Source: Podarcis bocagei
Lineage: Eukaryota
Direction: 5' to 3' (one strand)
NCBI GenBank assembly: GCA_964188305.1
Contig: OZ076888.1
DNA length: 64,000 nucleotides
Position numbers and translations under genes: made by a program
Notes under the pieces: generated by a model
Databases searched by the model: none
What the model was told of the DNA's origin: nothing
Seen by the model: the letters and a program-made list of their open reading frames with translations, nothing else
Shown: positions 51,830-64,000 of the stretch, piece by piece
Layout of the letters: each line of letters begins with the position of its first letter
How positions within the stretch are numbered: the stretch's first letter is position 1

Positions 51830-54800
51830 CCGGTATATTCACATCCAGTAGCTAGCTACAACAAATGGAAACGAGGGGCAATGTCGTCTATGCTGACTAG
51901 GCACCCTGAGGGCCAGAGTGTTCCATTATGTCGATGAGAATAGAGAGATTTGAAACCTTAACGCTTAACTTTCTAAGTGGTACTGACCGCTAAGCACACA
52001 CACATAAGGATTTGGGAGGCAAGCCTAGCCTTGATTTCATGTAATGTGCTCAAAGGATGGGTCCAATGAGATGACTGGGTATTACAGGTCAGATAGATAC
52101 ACGCTACAACTGGCGCACACAGTCGCGTGAACTTAGCATCGTGGCGTTCCCACGTACATCAGTCCTGTTGTTGGCGTCATAACCAAAGGAAGAAGTAATA
52201 GAAACCAGAGTAAAATTAGGGAATTAAAGGTAATCGAGTGTCCTCTCCTGCTTTCACTCCCCACTTTTCTCATGCGCACCAGAAATAACCCCAGTTTCAC
52301 TTAAATCCCAGCATGTTATCTGGGTCATATGTTCATTTGCTTACACTCACATTATTTTAGGTTACCTTCTGAGAATGGTGATTTCCAAATGAAGGCGAAA
52401 ATGCATGGAGACATGCAGACACCTATTTAAAGCACGTTCTTCCTTTGAGCCTCATGCAACCTCTTAACCAAAGAGTAAGTCTTCTTTTGATAGAAAAGAA
52501 TTCATTTTTATATAATATAATTCCTATTCCGTAGAGATAGGATGCAGAAATGATACATCATCGGGATTTTTTTATTCCCTTCTTCTTACTTGTTTATTCA
52601 AAAGAACTGCTGCAACCTTTGCAAAGGTGCAAAATGTTTCCTTTCTTTCTATGCATGTTCAGGAACTAAAGAAAATTCGGGAATTGTGCAGCTACAGTAT
52701 GTGGTAATTAGTTCTTTAAAAACACACACAGAGAGTGAAAACAATGCAAAAATGATCAGCATCATTATAAATGTTTTATTTTCACGGATAGATCCTGAAT
52801 GATATATTGAAAGAGCAGTTCCTTCTTTTGCAAATTAACCTTTGAACCTTGGCTGAATCCCATCGCCACTGCTACGTCAGTAGCATTCAAAATGCAGTTT
52901 GAAGAAGGTAGGTTTACTTTTTCAAAACTGTTTCTGCACATCTTTCTTCCTCTTAAGAGCAAATAAATCGATGAAGATTGCAGAACGTGCAAAATTTCTA
53001 GCAAGTTCTTAGGGGGGGGGAAATGGATTCAAAATATTTCATGTGACGTTTCCTAAATATGGGGGTGGAATAAACCTCTCGATCAATGCATAAATTTGGA
53101 AAATTACTGAATGATCCAACGTCTCCTTCCCTTTTTGAAAGAAACCTGATCACTTTTCAGTTACGTATATACTTTTTTTAAAAAAAAGATTTCTACTTAA
53201 CCGTGAGAACTTCCTATATTATCTCCCAATATTTTTGTCCCTTTTCTCTCTGTATGTTTTGGAGTGTTGGGGACCTCGATCCACAGCCCAGTTAAGCGAG
53301 GGGCTTCATTTATTACCTGTTTCATTGGCCTTCAGTGTGGCTCAGTCGGTTTAAATACACTTACTCTCGTCTGACTGAATGGTGGCAGAGTTCTCAGATG
53401 CTTTCACATAATAAGCCAACCGTTTATATTATTCCTCTTTAAAACTGACTACCTCAAGGCTTAGGTAAAGTTGTTCTTCACTGAAACGTCGAAAACAACC
53501 CCACAACCCACCTCATCTGAATCAATCTCATTAATCTCAACTGAACTACTTGAGAGGCGAAAAATGTAGCCATGCAACATAGTGCCATTGTTTTATTGAC
53601 TCCGAATCTATTCACAAGTGTCGAGTTTGAAGATATTACAGCACTCTTTAGCATATTTATTTATTGATATGGCTAGAACAATATATCTCCAGGTAGCCCG
53701 TGACAATTTTATTCTCTCCCTTAGCAATAGCTTAGCTATGCTGCTAAACATCCTGATAAATCTGGTCCCTACTACAACTGCTTGTATTTTTCCTAAACTT
53801 GAAAATGTTGTTGGTGGTGTGTGGGTGTGGGTGGGTGTTACACAAGCACACAAAAGAAAAACAGCAACGTTTGATTGGGGATAGGGAGTACCTCAGATTA
53901 TTTTTTTAATCGTCCAGGAAACGGTCCAATTTAAGAGGGGGGGAAACAGTTGTAAAAATTCAGACACTCCTTTAAGTGTGAAATATCATTTCATTGTGCA
54001 AAGTTAAAAAGAGAGTCGGTAATCCAACTTCCGGAAAGTGTTCTGAATTATTTCAGCAGACTCTTTTAAAGGGGATTAGCAGGGCTTTAGGGGCACAATC
54101 CTTCTGTTTTATTCAATCTCTGATTTTATGTTATAATTACGAGATGTAAAGCCTCTTGAATTAGTATGCAGCCGTGGTCCAGACATTATGCAGGTGCTAT
54201 TCTAATCATTCAGCTTTTTAATTAAGGGACGAGGTAAGAAAACAGAATAATAAAAACACTTTTGTGAGAGCTGAGAAAATTGTGAGCGACTGAATGAAAG
54301 AAGCCTTTATACCTTCTCCTGACAGGTCAGACACCAATTGCCTGACTTACGACCTTTTCTTGGTGAAACAAGGCTGAACAGCTTTCTCACCTTGTTCCCA
54401 TTATATGGCTTTTATACTCGTGGAGAACTTATGGAAATGCCAATAAGATTCTTTCTTAAATTGAGGGGTGGGAGGCAGGGAAGCCGTAGATATTTCCATT
54501 ATAATAGATAGGTAGTTTATAAGAAATTACTTCCTCTCTTAACATTCTCAAATGGGTGGCCAACGTGGATATCAGCGATGGCCACTAGCATTAATTATTT
54601 GTCTTTTTTAAAAAAAGAGAAAAATGTTTCCTTTGGATGTAATCCTGGCATAAGGCAATTCCAGGAGGGAGGGGCTGCAGTGGAATAAGCATCGCTGGTG
54701 TTTAGTTATATGTTCCAACTTCCAAGCATAAAGTTTCTGAATTAGGCCCTTAGCAGATTAACAGAACAAACGTAGCCACGTCTACTCATAAGTAGTTAAA

Positions 54801-55134
54801 TCAAATGGACTTGCTCCCAGGTAAATGAGGCTAGGATCGCCCCTGAAGTCTACTCTGAAGGTTGCCCACAAGCTAAATAAATGGGATTTAAACCTATTAA
54901 TTTAGGGCTGCAGTCCTAAAAAAAGGAGAGTTAAAAAAGGAGAGTTATCAGATGTTTTTCATTGTAAAGCCCAGTTGTAGTTAAACACTCTCCTCTAAGA
55001 GTGTGATCCTAACTACTTTTAGTGAAACGTAAATACCGCTGTGTCCAGCGGCGTTTACTTGGGAGTAAACTAGTAAACCATTCCACCATACTGACGCTGC
55101 TGCAATCCTATGTCCACTTCACTCTTCCCGTCAG

Positions 55135-55362
55135 TATAGTGTAGCTTGTTTGCTTGTTGGACTACAACTCAAGAAAACCCAGGTTCAGTTTCTCCACCCA
55201 TACCCAGTTGTGAAGCTCCCTGCACCATCTTGGGCCGGTTACCTCCTCTCAGCTTAGCCTAACTCACAGGGTTGTTGTTAAACAGTAAGAGGCAAGTGGA
55301 GAAATATGTGCGCCCCTCTCTGCCCTAGAAGGAAGGGTAGCATAAACATGGAATGAAATGAA
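55135..55362 (+). mobile_element. Squamate CORE-type (MIR-related, Squam3-like) SINE, degenerate
   Basis: Degenerate tRNA-like head (ttggacta...cccaggttca), CORE motif ctcagcttagcctaactcacagggttgttgt, and tail gaaggaaggg...taaa. Confidence 0.65.
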
Positions 55363-55734
55363 GCCAATTCAACCCATCTCGACTTGCTCTTAAATAGACG
55401 TGCGCAGGCTTGGGCCGCACCAAAATATCAACAAATCTGACCTCAAGCAGTGTGGTCATTATTTCTCCAACGCAAGAAACTGAGGATTGTTCTGGTGGTA
55501 TATGCTGGAAAGCACTGTAAGGCTTTCAGATACTCGACTGGCATTACCTCGACCGGGTTGAAGGCGGCCTAAAGAGCATTTCCAGGACGTCTCCATTCTA
55601 GGCACTGCTATATCTCTTCATCAAGGGAGCTGCATCATGTGCTCACACCTGGTCACGCCCCCTGACCCGAAGCCCCGCCCTCTAACTCCTGACGAGTCTG
55701 GTTACGAAGAGTCTGGAGGAGAGGAGGAAGGCAC

Positions 55735-55890
55735 TCACATGCCATGAAGTTCCCTAGGTGACCCTGGCCAGCCGTTGACTCTCAGCCTAACCTACCTCAC
55801 AGGGTTGTTGCGAGGATCAAATGAGGGCAGGGAGAACTATCTACGCCACCTTGGGCTCCTTGGAAGAAAGGTGGGGTGTTAGTGTAAGGT
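55735..55890 (+). mobile_element. Squamate CORE-type SINE, 5' truncated
   Basis: ctcagcctaacctacctcacagggttgttgcgaggatcaaatgag followed by ttgggctccttggaagaaaggtgggg. Confidence 0.75.
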
Positions 55891-57249
55891 GGGTGTCAAC
55901 CCTTTTTAGTTCAGTGTGGGAGAAACCCAAGTGCAGCTTAACATTAACCCGATTCTCACCATGTTTATTTGGAAGTAAGTCACCTAAACCTACCCAGTTT
56001 CTGTAGGTATTCTTAGGACTCGTTCCTCGCAGGTAAGAAATTCCGCTCAAATCGGTGGGACCGCTATAGAAATGAACTGTCAAAGGCTGAAATCCCAAGC
56101 CCTTCAATTCGTGACTTAATGGGCTGTCAGCAAGAGGAGTTTGGCCGTTCCATTTCAATTGCTCTCCCACCACCTAAAAGGTCCAAGCCCCACATCCCAA
56201 ACTGACTTGTGTCTCCCTCTGCCCAGGGCAGCGGGGCTCTTGACACAGACTTCATCGGTGACAGTTGGATCGCTCCTCGAAGGATTTTGGAATTCCCTCG
56301 GTCAGATCCAGATTCACTCCATGATGTGTTTGCGCGTGAGCGAGTGACTGAATCGATCCAGCGTAGGCAGAGGTCCATTTCTCTTTCCCTCCTCCCCTTG
56401 GTTTGCCTTTGCAACTAATTGTATTTGCAAGAAGAAAGGCAAAGTTTGTTCTTTGGTTCTTGGAAGGAATATTAATAGGAGGAGAAAGAGGCGGGGCAGG
56501 GGCTGGGTGGGGGAGAGACCGGCTGGACTTTGGTGCACTGTATGCAAATATAGTGGGGGGGGGAGGTTCCTTTTTTTTTTAGGGAAGGGATCTTTTGGAG
56601 TTGGCTTTCTTTATTCAAATGGAAAACCTCCCTCTCTCTCCCTTTCATTTCCTGTCCCAGAACCACCTCCCGCGTCACCTCCCGCCCCAGTTCGGAGCAG
56701 AGTTCATTGGCTGTAAATGAATCAATCCGGNNNNNNNNNNNNNNNNNNNNNNNNNNNNNNNNNNNNNNNNNNNNNNNNNNNNNNNNNNNNNNNNNNNNNN
56801 NNNNNNNNNNNNNNNNNNNNNNNNNNNNNNNNNNNNNNNNNNNNNNNNNNNNNNNNNNNNNNNNNNNATTAGGATATCACGAGCACTCGAAATGATCAGG
56901 AGTTCAATGATTTTGCTTTCACGGATGAGGAGTCTTAGTTCTCCCCCCCCCCTTCCCCGCCTCCCAATGTAAATCAAGCGCTTTAGTTATTAAGGCTGTG
57001 CACTAATCTCCAACAACCTCCGCATAATGTGCCCGATGCGCCGCACCACTTCGCACCTGCACCCTGAATAGAGGCTCCTTTTCAATGGAAGACACGCTTG
57101 TTGGCCCTGCTCTCCAAAGAAGTTGTCTGAATAAGTCAAGCTCGCTGAATGCCCAGACTCGTTTTCGCTTGCTTGCCTTTGATCAGGGAAAATGGCTCCT
57201 AATTTGTCCGGTTTTTTTCTTCTTCTTCATTGTAACATCGTTTTGAGGT

Positions 57250-57254
<5 letters not shown>

Positions 57255-57305
<51 letters not shown>
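57255..57305. repeat. (TC)n microsatellite
   Basis: Read directly from the sequence. Confidence 0.95.
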
Positions 57306-57308
<3 letters not shown>

Positions 57309-58085
57309 TAAATAAAAGAAGAAAAAGTGTCCAAACCACATTTTCCTTCAAGGGGGAATACATTGCCCCGCCCGCGGGGAAAAAACAAAAAGTAAACGCA
57401 AAAATGTTACGTTGTGATGGGAGGTCATTCACCTCCACCGGCTGTTTGGAAGTCCCAAGCAAATAATCCCCAGCTATTTCCCCTTGGTCAAGTTGAGTTT
57501 TTGTTTAGTGTTTTGTTTTGTTTTTGAAGAGAGGAGGGATTTCCTCTCAGTTCCTTTTCTATAGTTCTACAGAAACAATAAAAGACCCGCACATTTTTCA
57601 GGACGAAGAAAACCCGGAGCATTAAAGTCAACTGCTTAGAGACGGGCGAGGACTCAGAGGAATGGGTATACATATGGTGTGTATGTAGGCGTACATGTAC
57701 ACACATGCACACATACGCAGAATACACAGCCACAAACAATAGTGGGCTTTTACACTGCTGCCACCCTCGGTGGAATCTTATGGTGAAGGGNNNNNNNNNN
57801 NNNNNNNNNNNNNNNNNNNNNNNNNNNNNNNNNNNNNNNNNNNNNNNNNNNNNNNNNNNNNNNNNNNNNNNNNNNNNNNNNNNNNNNNNNNNNNNNNNNN
57901 NNNNNNNNNNNNNNNNNNNNNNNNNNNNNNNNNNAAGGAGCTGGGGGTCAACAATGAGAATATATTTTATTTACTTTATTTGCTTTTTTATTTTAATCAT
58001 CCGATCATCTGTAGGTGAAGAATCCTGTGTAACACGAAACCTCGCTGTTGTTTTTAAAGCACAAATCAGGCGCAACCCTTGTCAC

Positions 58086-58272
58086 TGGGTTTGCAATCCT
58101 AATCCCACTTACTTGAGAGCAAATCCCATGGAACTCAAGGCGCCTTAGTTCTTCTGAATAAACATGGACAGGACTGTACTCCGAGTCTTTAACCCAATGG
58201 ACACTTACCCGGAAGTAAGTCTCTTTGAACCAAGCGGAAAGGAGTAAACAAACATACAGAAGCTTAGGTTGA
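58086..58272. mobile_element. Palindromic MITE copies (1-2)
   Basis: tgcaatcctaatcccacttacttgagagcaaatcccatggaactcaa...ttctgaataaacatggacaggactg, then acacttacccggaagtaagtc. Confidence 0.55.
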
Positions 58273-58580
58273 ACAGGGTGAGGGCTATCGGAGTGGCGAG
58301 GTTTGTTTGCTTATGTTTGGGTATCTGAGCAGACAGCAACAAGGCAGTGGCTGTTGCTCTGCTTCTTTAACGTAGCCATGTTTGCCTTGTTTGTTTGTTT
58401 AGGTCTATTTTTAGCTCGCCTTTCAATCATATCGATTCCCCAAGCGGGGCACAATTAAAATTTGTCCATACAAATAGAATCGTAATCCAACAATAAAACA
58501 GCAGAGGGACAAGGCGGGTGGGGTGGGATATCAGGAGAGGACATTAGCTATAGTCAAAGGCGAATAAGAAAAGACCTGCT

Positions 58581-58676
58581 TAAGGCTGTCGTTCTAAGCA
58601 CGCTCACTCGTGAGTAAACGCCATTGAAGACAGCAGGGTTTACCTTCGAGGAGCCATGCGTAAGATCGCTCTCTAA
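58581..58676. mobile_element. Palindromic MITE copy flanked by TAA
   Basis: TAA-ggctgtcgttctaagcacgctcactcgtgagtaaacgccattgaa...gtaagatcgctctc-TAA. Confidence 0.55.
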
Positions 58677-60799
58677 GGTGGAAGTTAATGGGACTAAGCG
58701 AAAACAGGTCGTTGGCATATCCCATAACAGCAACAACAGGCTGGATGTGTAGAATCTAAAAAGAAGCAGCACCTCTGGACATTTTTCTCTGAACATCTCT
58801 GAGGAACAATTATGTGTTTTTTGGAGTGAAGACTGGTTGCTCCCCCCCCCCAAAAAAAGGCCTGTATTCTGAAAAATCTTAATATAAAGATGCTTCTCTT
58901 ATTTCCCGATAGGCTACTGCAAACGGGACATTCTTCGTTTTTAAGTGATTCATCTTAAAAGGGTGCTCTGAGGTTGAGCTTCCTGTGGGAGAGGGAGTCA
59001 TGGTGTCCTTATTACAGCCCCCTCCCCAACATTCTCTACGGATAAGCTTCCAGTAGCAGACCCTTCCTGGCGACCGTGTCCTCATTCTCAAATGAAAGGG
59101 CTTGGACATTCCAGCTGAGATAAACTCAGGTTATGATTGTTGCAAGATGACACCGCCCCCGTCAGGTAAGAGCCATCCCGCACATTAGGCAGTAACAAAC
59201 ACAGGTGAAGATTCGCCGGTAGAGATACTCAACTCGTAGCTGCAATCAGTCCTGTCACTTTGACTCTTTATTTTGTTTCATTAGATGATTTAGGTATATA
59301 CCGCTTATCTACATTCATCTGTGAGCAGTGTGCCTGAATTCCAATTCAGAAAAGGTAAAACTCGGTTAAAATTGTAAAATCAGACTTCAATTAAAATGCC
59401 TGCTGGATTTTCTTTTTTTAAGGACTCCAATAGGCACTCGAAGTTCGGCTGGGAGGGAGCCTCCCTGACCTCAACTATACAAATTTCGTCGTGTGAGACA
59501 CATATTTTCCAACAAACTGAATGCCTTCACACTTTGCACGTGTGAACAGGCCTAAGTCGGTCATTTCAATTGACTTTCCTGCAAAAGCTTAGGAATGAGG
59601 TATCTTATGTACCATAGGCAGTGAGAAGGGTTAACTCCCATTCACCCAAATGTATTATAGATCTCAGGTGGACTGAGGACTATATTCCTTGGCTATTATT
59701 GGACCATCATTCCTGGAACGCAACAAATGGTCTTCAAACTCCGCCACTCCGCCCAAATCCTTAATATATCAAACAGAAGCTGCTGGGAGTTAGCATGAAC
59801 TCTCCTTCCCCTTCCTGCAGACCTCCTGTCTCGGCGGTCCTCCTCAAGGTGTCTTGACGGTTCAGCTTCAGCGTCTTTTAGCTCTCACCGATTACAGAGC
59901 CAGAGCAGCGGCACCAGATTTCATGACCATTGAAATCCACGCGGATTCAAAATGCTGTTGGTAATGAAATGGGCGGCCTTGACCCTCTCATCCCAGGGAT
60001 CCCTCCTTCCGGTTTCTGACATGTGCCAGTTGCATTGGCGAACTTTCTCGCGTTGCATGCACTGCTCTCCTTTGCTACGCCCCAATTCGGGGCATGCACT
60101 CGCAGTTTCAGAATCTGAGCAGCCATCGCTGCCTGGTGGTTACCTAACATGACTCAAATCCCCAGGTATACGTGGATCCAGCAGAAACCTCCAGCCAGCT
60201 TCCCCTCTCTCCACCTTTCTCTGTCGTCTTCCCTCCCCTCCCCTCTAGGAACACCAAGCGGTTTTTTCCTGACATTACCGTAGGCTTGGACTAATAGAAA
60301 GCTAAGATCTCGCCCAGCCCGCTTCCCGCACCCGCCCGCCAATACAGTTTAAAACACTTTGATGTCTTGCCAGGAAATATACTTCCTTCAAAGAGGCATG
60401 TCAACATTTGTTTTTCCCATTAAATGGCGTTTAGTTGCCACTGGAAGAAAAAAAAATGATGCTAAAAGACCACTTTTTAATTCGATGTATAACAACCGCG
60501 GGGGTCTAAGAGAAAATAACGGCNNNNNNNNNNNNNNNNNNNNNNNNNNNNNNNNNNNNNNNNNNNNNNNNNNNNNNNNNNNNNNNNNNNNNNNNNNNNN
60601 NNNNNNNNNNNNNNNNNNNNNNNNNNNNNNNNNNNNNNNNNNNNNNNNNNNNNNNNNNNNNNNNNNNNNNNTCACTGCTAATGCAGGAAGGTTTACTGCA
60701 AGGGGAAAAAAAAAAAGCTATTTACACCTTCAAATAGAAGCTTTTGAGATTTAAGAGTAAGGGTCATACATCACCAAGAATAAATGATTATGAATTGGT

Positions 60800-61520
60800 A
60801 AACGCGCCCTCCAGCCATTAGCTTTGCCACGCGATTTATCATTTCGGGGTGTTCTTTCGCCCCCCTCCTTTTCTTTTTAAAATAATCGGGGCTGTTTGGG
60901 AAAGGAAAGCATGACGGATTCTCCCCACCCCCTTTTAAAAAGGCCACCGCGGGAAAGTTTGTTTTTGCATATACTATAAGTCATCAAAACACCGGCCATT
61001 CAGCCAGAAGCGGGGCCACTTATGGATTGCTGCGCCCAGAGGACAATGTGGTCTTTTCACCGTGGCCATTTGTTACCCAGCGATTGGCCGGCCCGGCGGG
61101 GCTGACACGTCCGGTAAACCTCCAAAGGCGCCGGCCACTTCGAAGGGGCGAACTTGGACTCTGCTGGCCGAGGAAGGTACCGGCCGCCCAGTGGGAAATT
61201 CTCTTGCGCAAGCTCGGTGGCCAGGAATGAGTGAGTGAGTGAGTGAGTGAGTGAGTGAGTAAATGGATGGATGGGTGGGCGGTGTTCAAGAGGAGTGGGG
61301 GATTTCTCCCTAGGATTTACCCAAGTTCTTTGGCCAGTTTACAGTCCAGATTCCCCCCTCCCAGAGTCACGGAGTGTTTCTTCTTTATTACCGCCCAGTT
61401 GTCCAGTCTCCAAGTCCTGCAGCCGGTGCATCAGACTCGACCAGCCAGGAAACGCCCTTCCCTTGACCTTAGGCGGCACGTGGTGGAGCCGCGCTGCAAG
61501 CTGACCGAGGCGGGGAAAGG
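60800..61520. promoter_or_regulatory. Orphan CpG-rich region downstream of ZIC4
   Basis: Dense CCGG/CGCG sites, no credible ORF. Confidence 0.45.
61228..61274. repeat. (TGAG)8 followed by (ATGG)n
   Basis: Read directly from the sequence. Confidence 0.9.
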
Positions 61521-64000
61521 GAGACTCGCTGAGGAGATGCTGCAGAAAGAGGAGTAAGAACCTCACAGCCTCCCTAATCTCATCCATAAGTGCAAACTAA
61601 CAATTGGAGCGGTGGTGCGGAATAGGGATATTTCAAGGAGAGACACATTTCCCAGGATTCCCTTTATTCCTTGCCGGTCAAAAGCTCTTGGGTCTTGACC
61701 TCTGCACATAAGATGTATAAAGGCAACCTTCCCTGAGGACCAGACCGGAGAGAAAAATCAATCTCCGTTCTAAGAGCCGCTTCACACGTTACGCAAAAGG
61801 AAACCCGAGTTTGTGGACAAATAGCCTTTTTTAAAAGAAAAGAAAAGAGAGAGAGCTTCAGTCAAACAATGCTCCCTGTAGTGCGTACCTGTGTGACACA
61901 GCTGCTTGTAAACCCATGGATGTCCTATTCACACGTTATGTGTTTAAACATCTCAGGTGTATAACTAAACACGTAGAGCCGAAAGCGGCGAAGGCACTGA
62001 GTTAAGGTCAGCCTGAGGCCTGCCACCCTAAGCAGCTTCCACTGGGAAGCAGGACCCGCTGAAATCAGTGAGATTTTACTCCGGATATATAGTTTGGATT
62101 CGCGTGTTAGCTGAAAGCCACAAAACCTTAGAACGAGGGAGCACGGAGGGGTCAACTCCTTCTTATTTGCCGCAAGGAAACCAAACTCTTGCTGAACAAA
62201 ATATTTGAAAGATCAATTTCCTCGGGATTTTCCGTAATCTTTCTCCGAAAGCTTAAATTTAGACGACGTCAGTTGTGTTAACATGCACACACGCCTCCCT
62301 GGAAGTAAGCCCTTATAAACTTGGAGGCATGTCAAAGGAGTTCCTTTACTTTATAAAGCCTCGGTGGAAAGGGTAGTTGATACTTTAAACTCTTGAGACC
62401 AGATTTGAGGTTCAAGGCAGCCCGCACCGCACCCTCTCCCCAATAAATCGGATTCCAGTTGTGACAAATTTTGGAGAGAGAGAGTGTGAGAGAGGTGTGA
62501 AGAAAGGGGGTTCTGACACTCTGTCTCTCAGTAGGGAACAAGATCTGCTGGCGGCCTCCAAGATTTCCCCCCTGTCTAAATCATGCACGATTAAAAGACC
62601 TGGACAGATTCTGTAATAAAACCTCTTTTTATAGGCTGGCTGAGATTTTACTATATATTCTAAGCAAAGAATGGAAATGCGAAGTGGGCGGAGGTAGAAA
62701 TGAAGGATATTAAGATTTAGTTGCTGAACGCTGGTCGCTTTAACTGAACCCCTAGACTTCATCCTTTGACACTTATTGGAGTGACACATGCTAGCAACTC
62801 CAGGGTAATCCTATAGACCCTTCCTTGGAAAGAAGCTTCATTGGATACAATGGGATTTGTTTCCGAGTAATCATTCACAGTCTCGGGCTTCACAGAAGTA
62901 AAGACACCATATCCTGGGGGTAGCAACCGTTCCTGTAAAACAAACAGCAATTCCAGAAGCCAACGCCACAAATACACGCGAAGAGCTTGGACTGGCGAAG
63001 ACGCAGCATCATTTGCAAAAAAAGTTGCTGTTGAGATCGGCTGCTTTCTAAATTTTTACTCCAGCTGCGCCCCCACCCTCTTATGGTCCTCTCCTCGCGT
63101 GATGGAGTCCCTGAGTCATACTGTCAACCGGCCCACGACCCTTTTCTGTTTCTTCAGTGCAGTGGGCAGGACCAAAGCCAGGAGTGGACAAGGCGCCCTC
63201 TTTTCCCCTCTCTCATTCTGTCACCCCTTTCTCTCTCCCCTCCCCACTCTCTTCCTTGCCCCCTGCATGAGAATAGGCTCAGCGCCAGAGCGAGTCCTTG
63301 GGCGGGAGGTTGCTCACCCCGACCCATAGACCTGACCACCACCTCTGACCAGAGTTCCCTGGAGACATCTAGACAGGCTTCTTAAACCACAAGAAAGTTA
63401 TTCCACGTTCCTTCCGCATGGAATCAAGTTGCTTTATTATGCCCTCTCTGTGTTAAGGTCTGGCCTCTGTTCTCACTGAACTGGTCCCCTTCCTCGAACC
63501 CCCGCCCCCAATCTATGTGTTACTATACGAAAAGAAAACCTCTGATGATCCATAATATTCTCCTTTATCTGACTTCTCTCTCCCCCCCACCCCGGGCTCC
63601 TCGGTGTTGTATACATTTCTCTAATTGCTTGGCAATGTTTTCTAGAGATGACATCCCGAAAATGTGTCATAGTAAATTACCTTTGTAATAAAATGTAAAA
63701 AATGCAAATAGCTGTTGTCTTTATTACGTTTTAAACCATTGGTTTATCTGCACTATTTCACTTGTCAGTCGCACAATATGTCGCGGGGAAAGGCGAAGGC
63801 ACAGTTTGAGAGCAGATAGATGGGACCTCGTGTGTAATCTTGCAGACNNNNNNNNNNNNNNNNNNNNNNNNNNNNNNNNNNNNNNNNNNNNNNNNNNNNN
63901 NNNNNNNNNNNNNNNNNNNNNNNNNNNNNNNNNNNNNNNNNNNNNNNNNNNNNNNNNNNNNNNNNNNNNNNNNNNNNNNNNNNNNNNGAAGGCATTTACC

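Overview
Vertebrate genomic DNA, most likely a squamate reptile given its CORE-type SINEs and short palindromic MITEs. The window holds the head-to-head ZIC1/ZIC4 bigene cluster. ZIC1 is on the minus strand (3 coding exons: 21636-20646, 19522-19359, 18446-18249; 450 aa). ZIC4 is on the plus strand (36440-37628 + 42463-42920; 548 aa) and has a probable alternative terminal exon at 45338 that completes a split TG|A stop (510 aa, removing the EWYV motif). The rest is non-coding: CpG islands, CNE-like candidate enhancers, microsatellites, a young hAT MITE, two SINEs, many decayed ~90-bp palindromic MITEs and six ~140-nt N gaps. The most notable observations are: (1) the ZF1-3 coding DNA of ZIC1 and ZIC4 is about 97% identical, with 8 synonymous differences in 84 codons versus 19 of 34 codons differing in exon 2, which points to gene conversion between inverted ancient paralogs; (2) ZIC4 looks intermediate between the long fish/amphibian N-terminus and the short mammalian one, with a decayed upstream start, an internal phase-1 acceptor and candidate upstream exons; (3) a splice-created stop acts as a C-terminal switch; (4) the ZIC1 leader contains uORFs. 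Comparisons with other species are from memory and need alignment to confirm.
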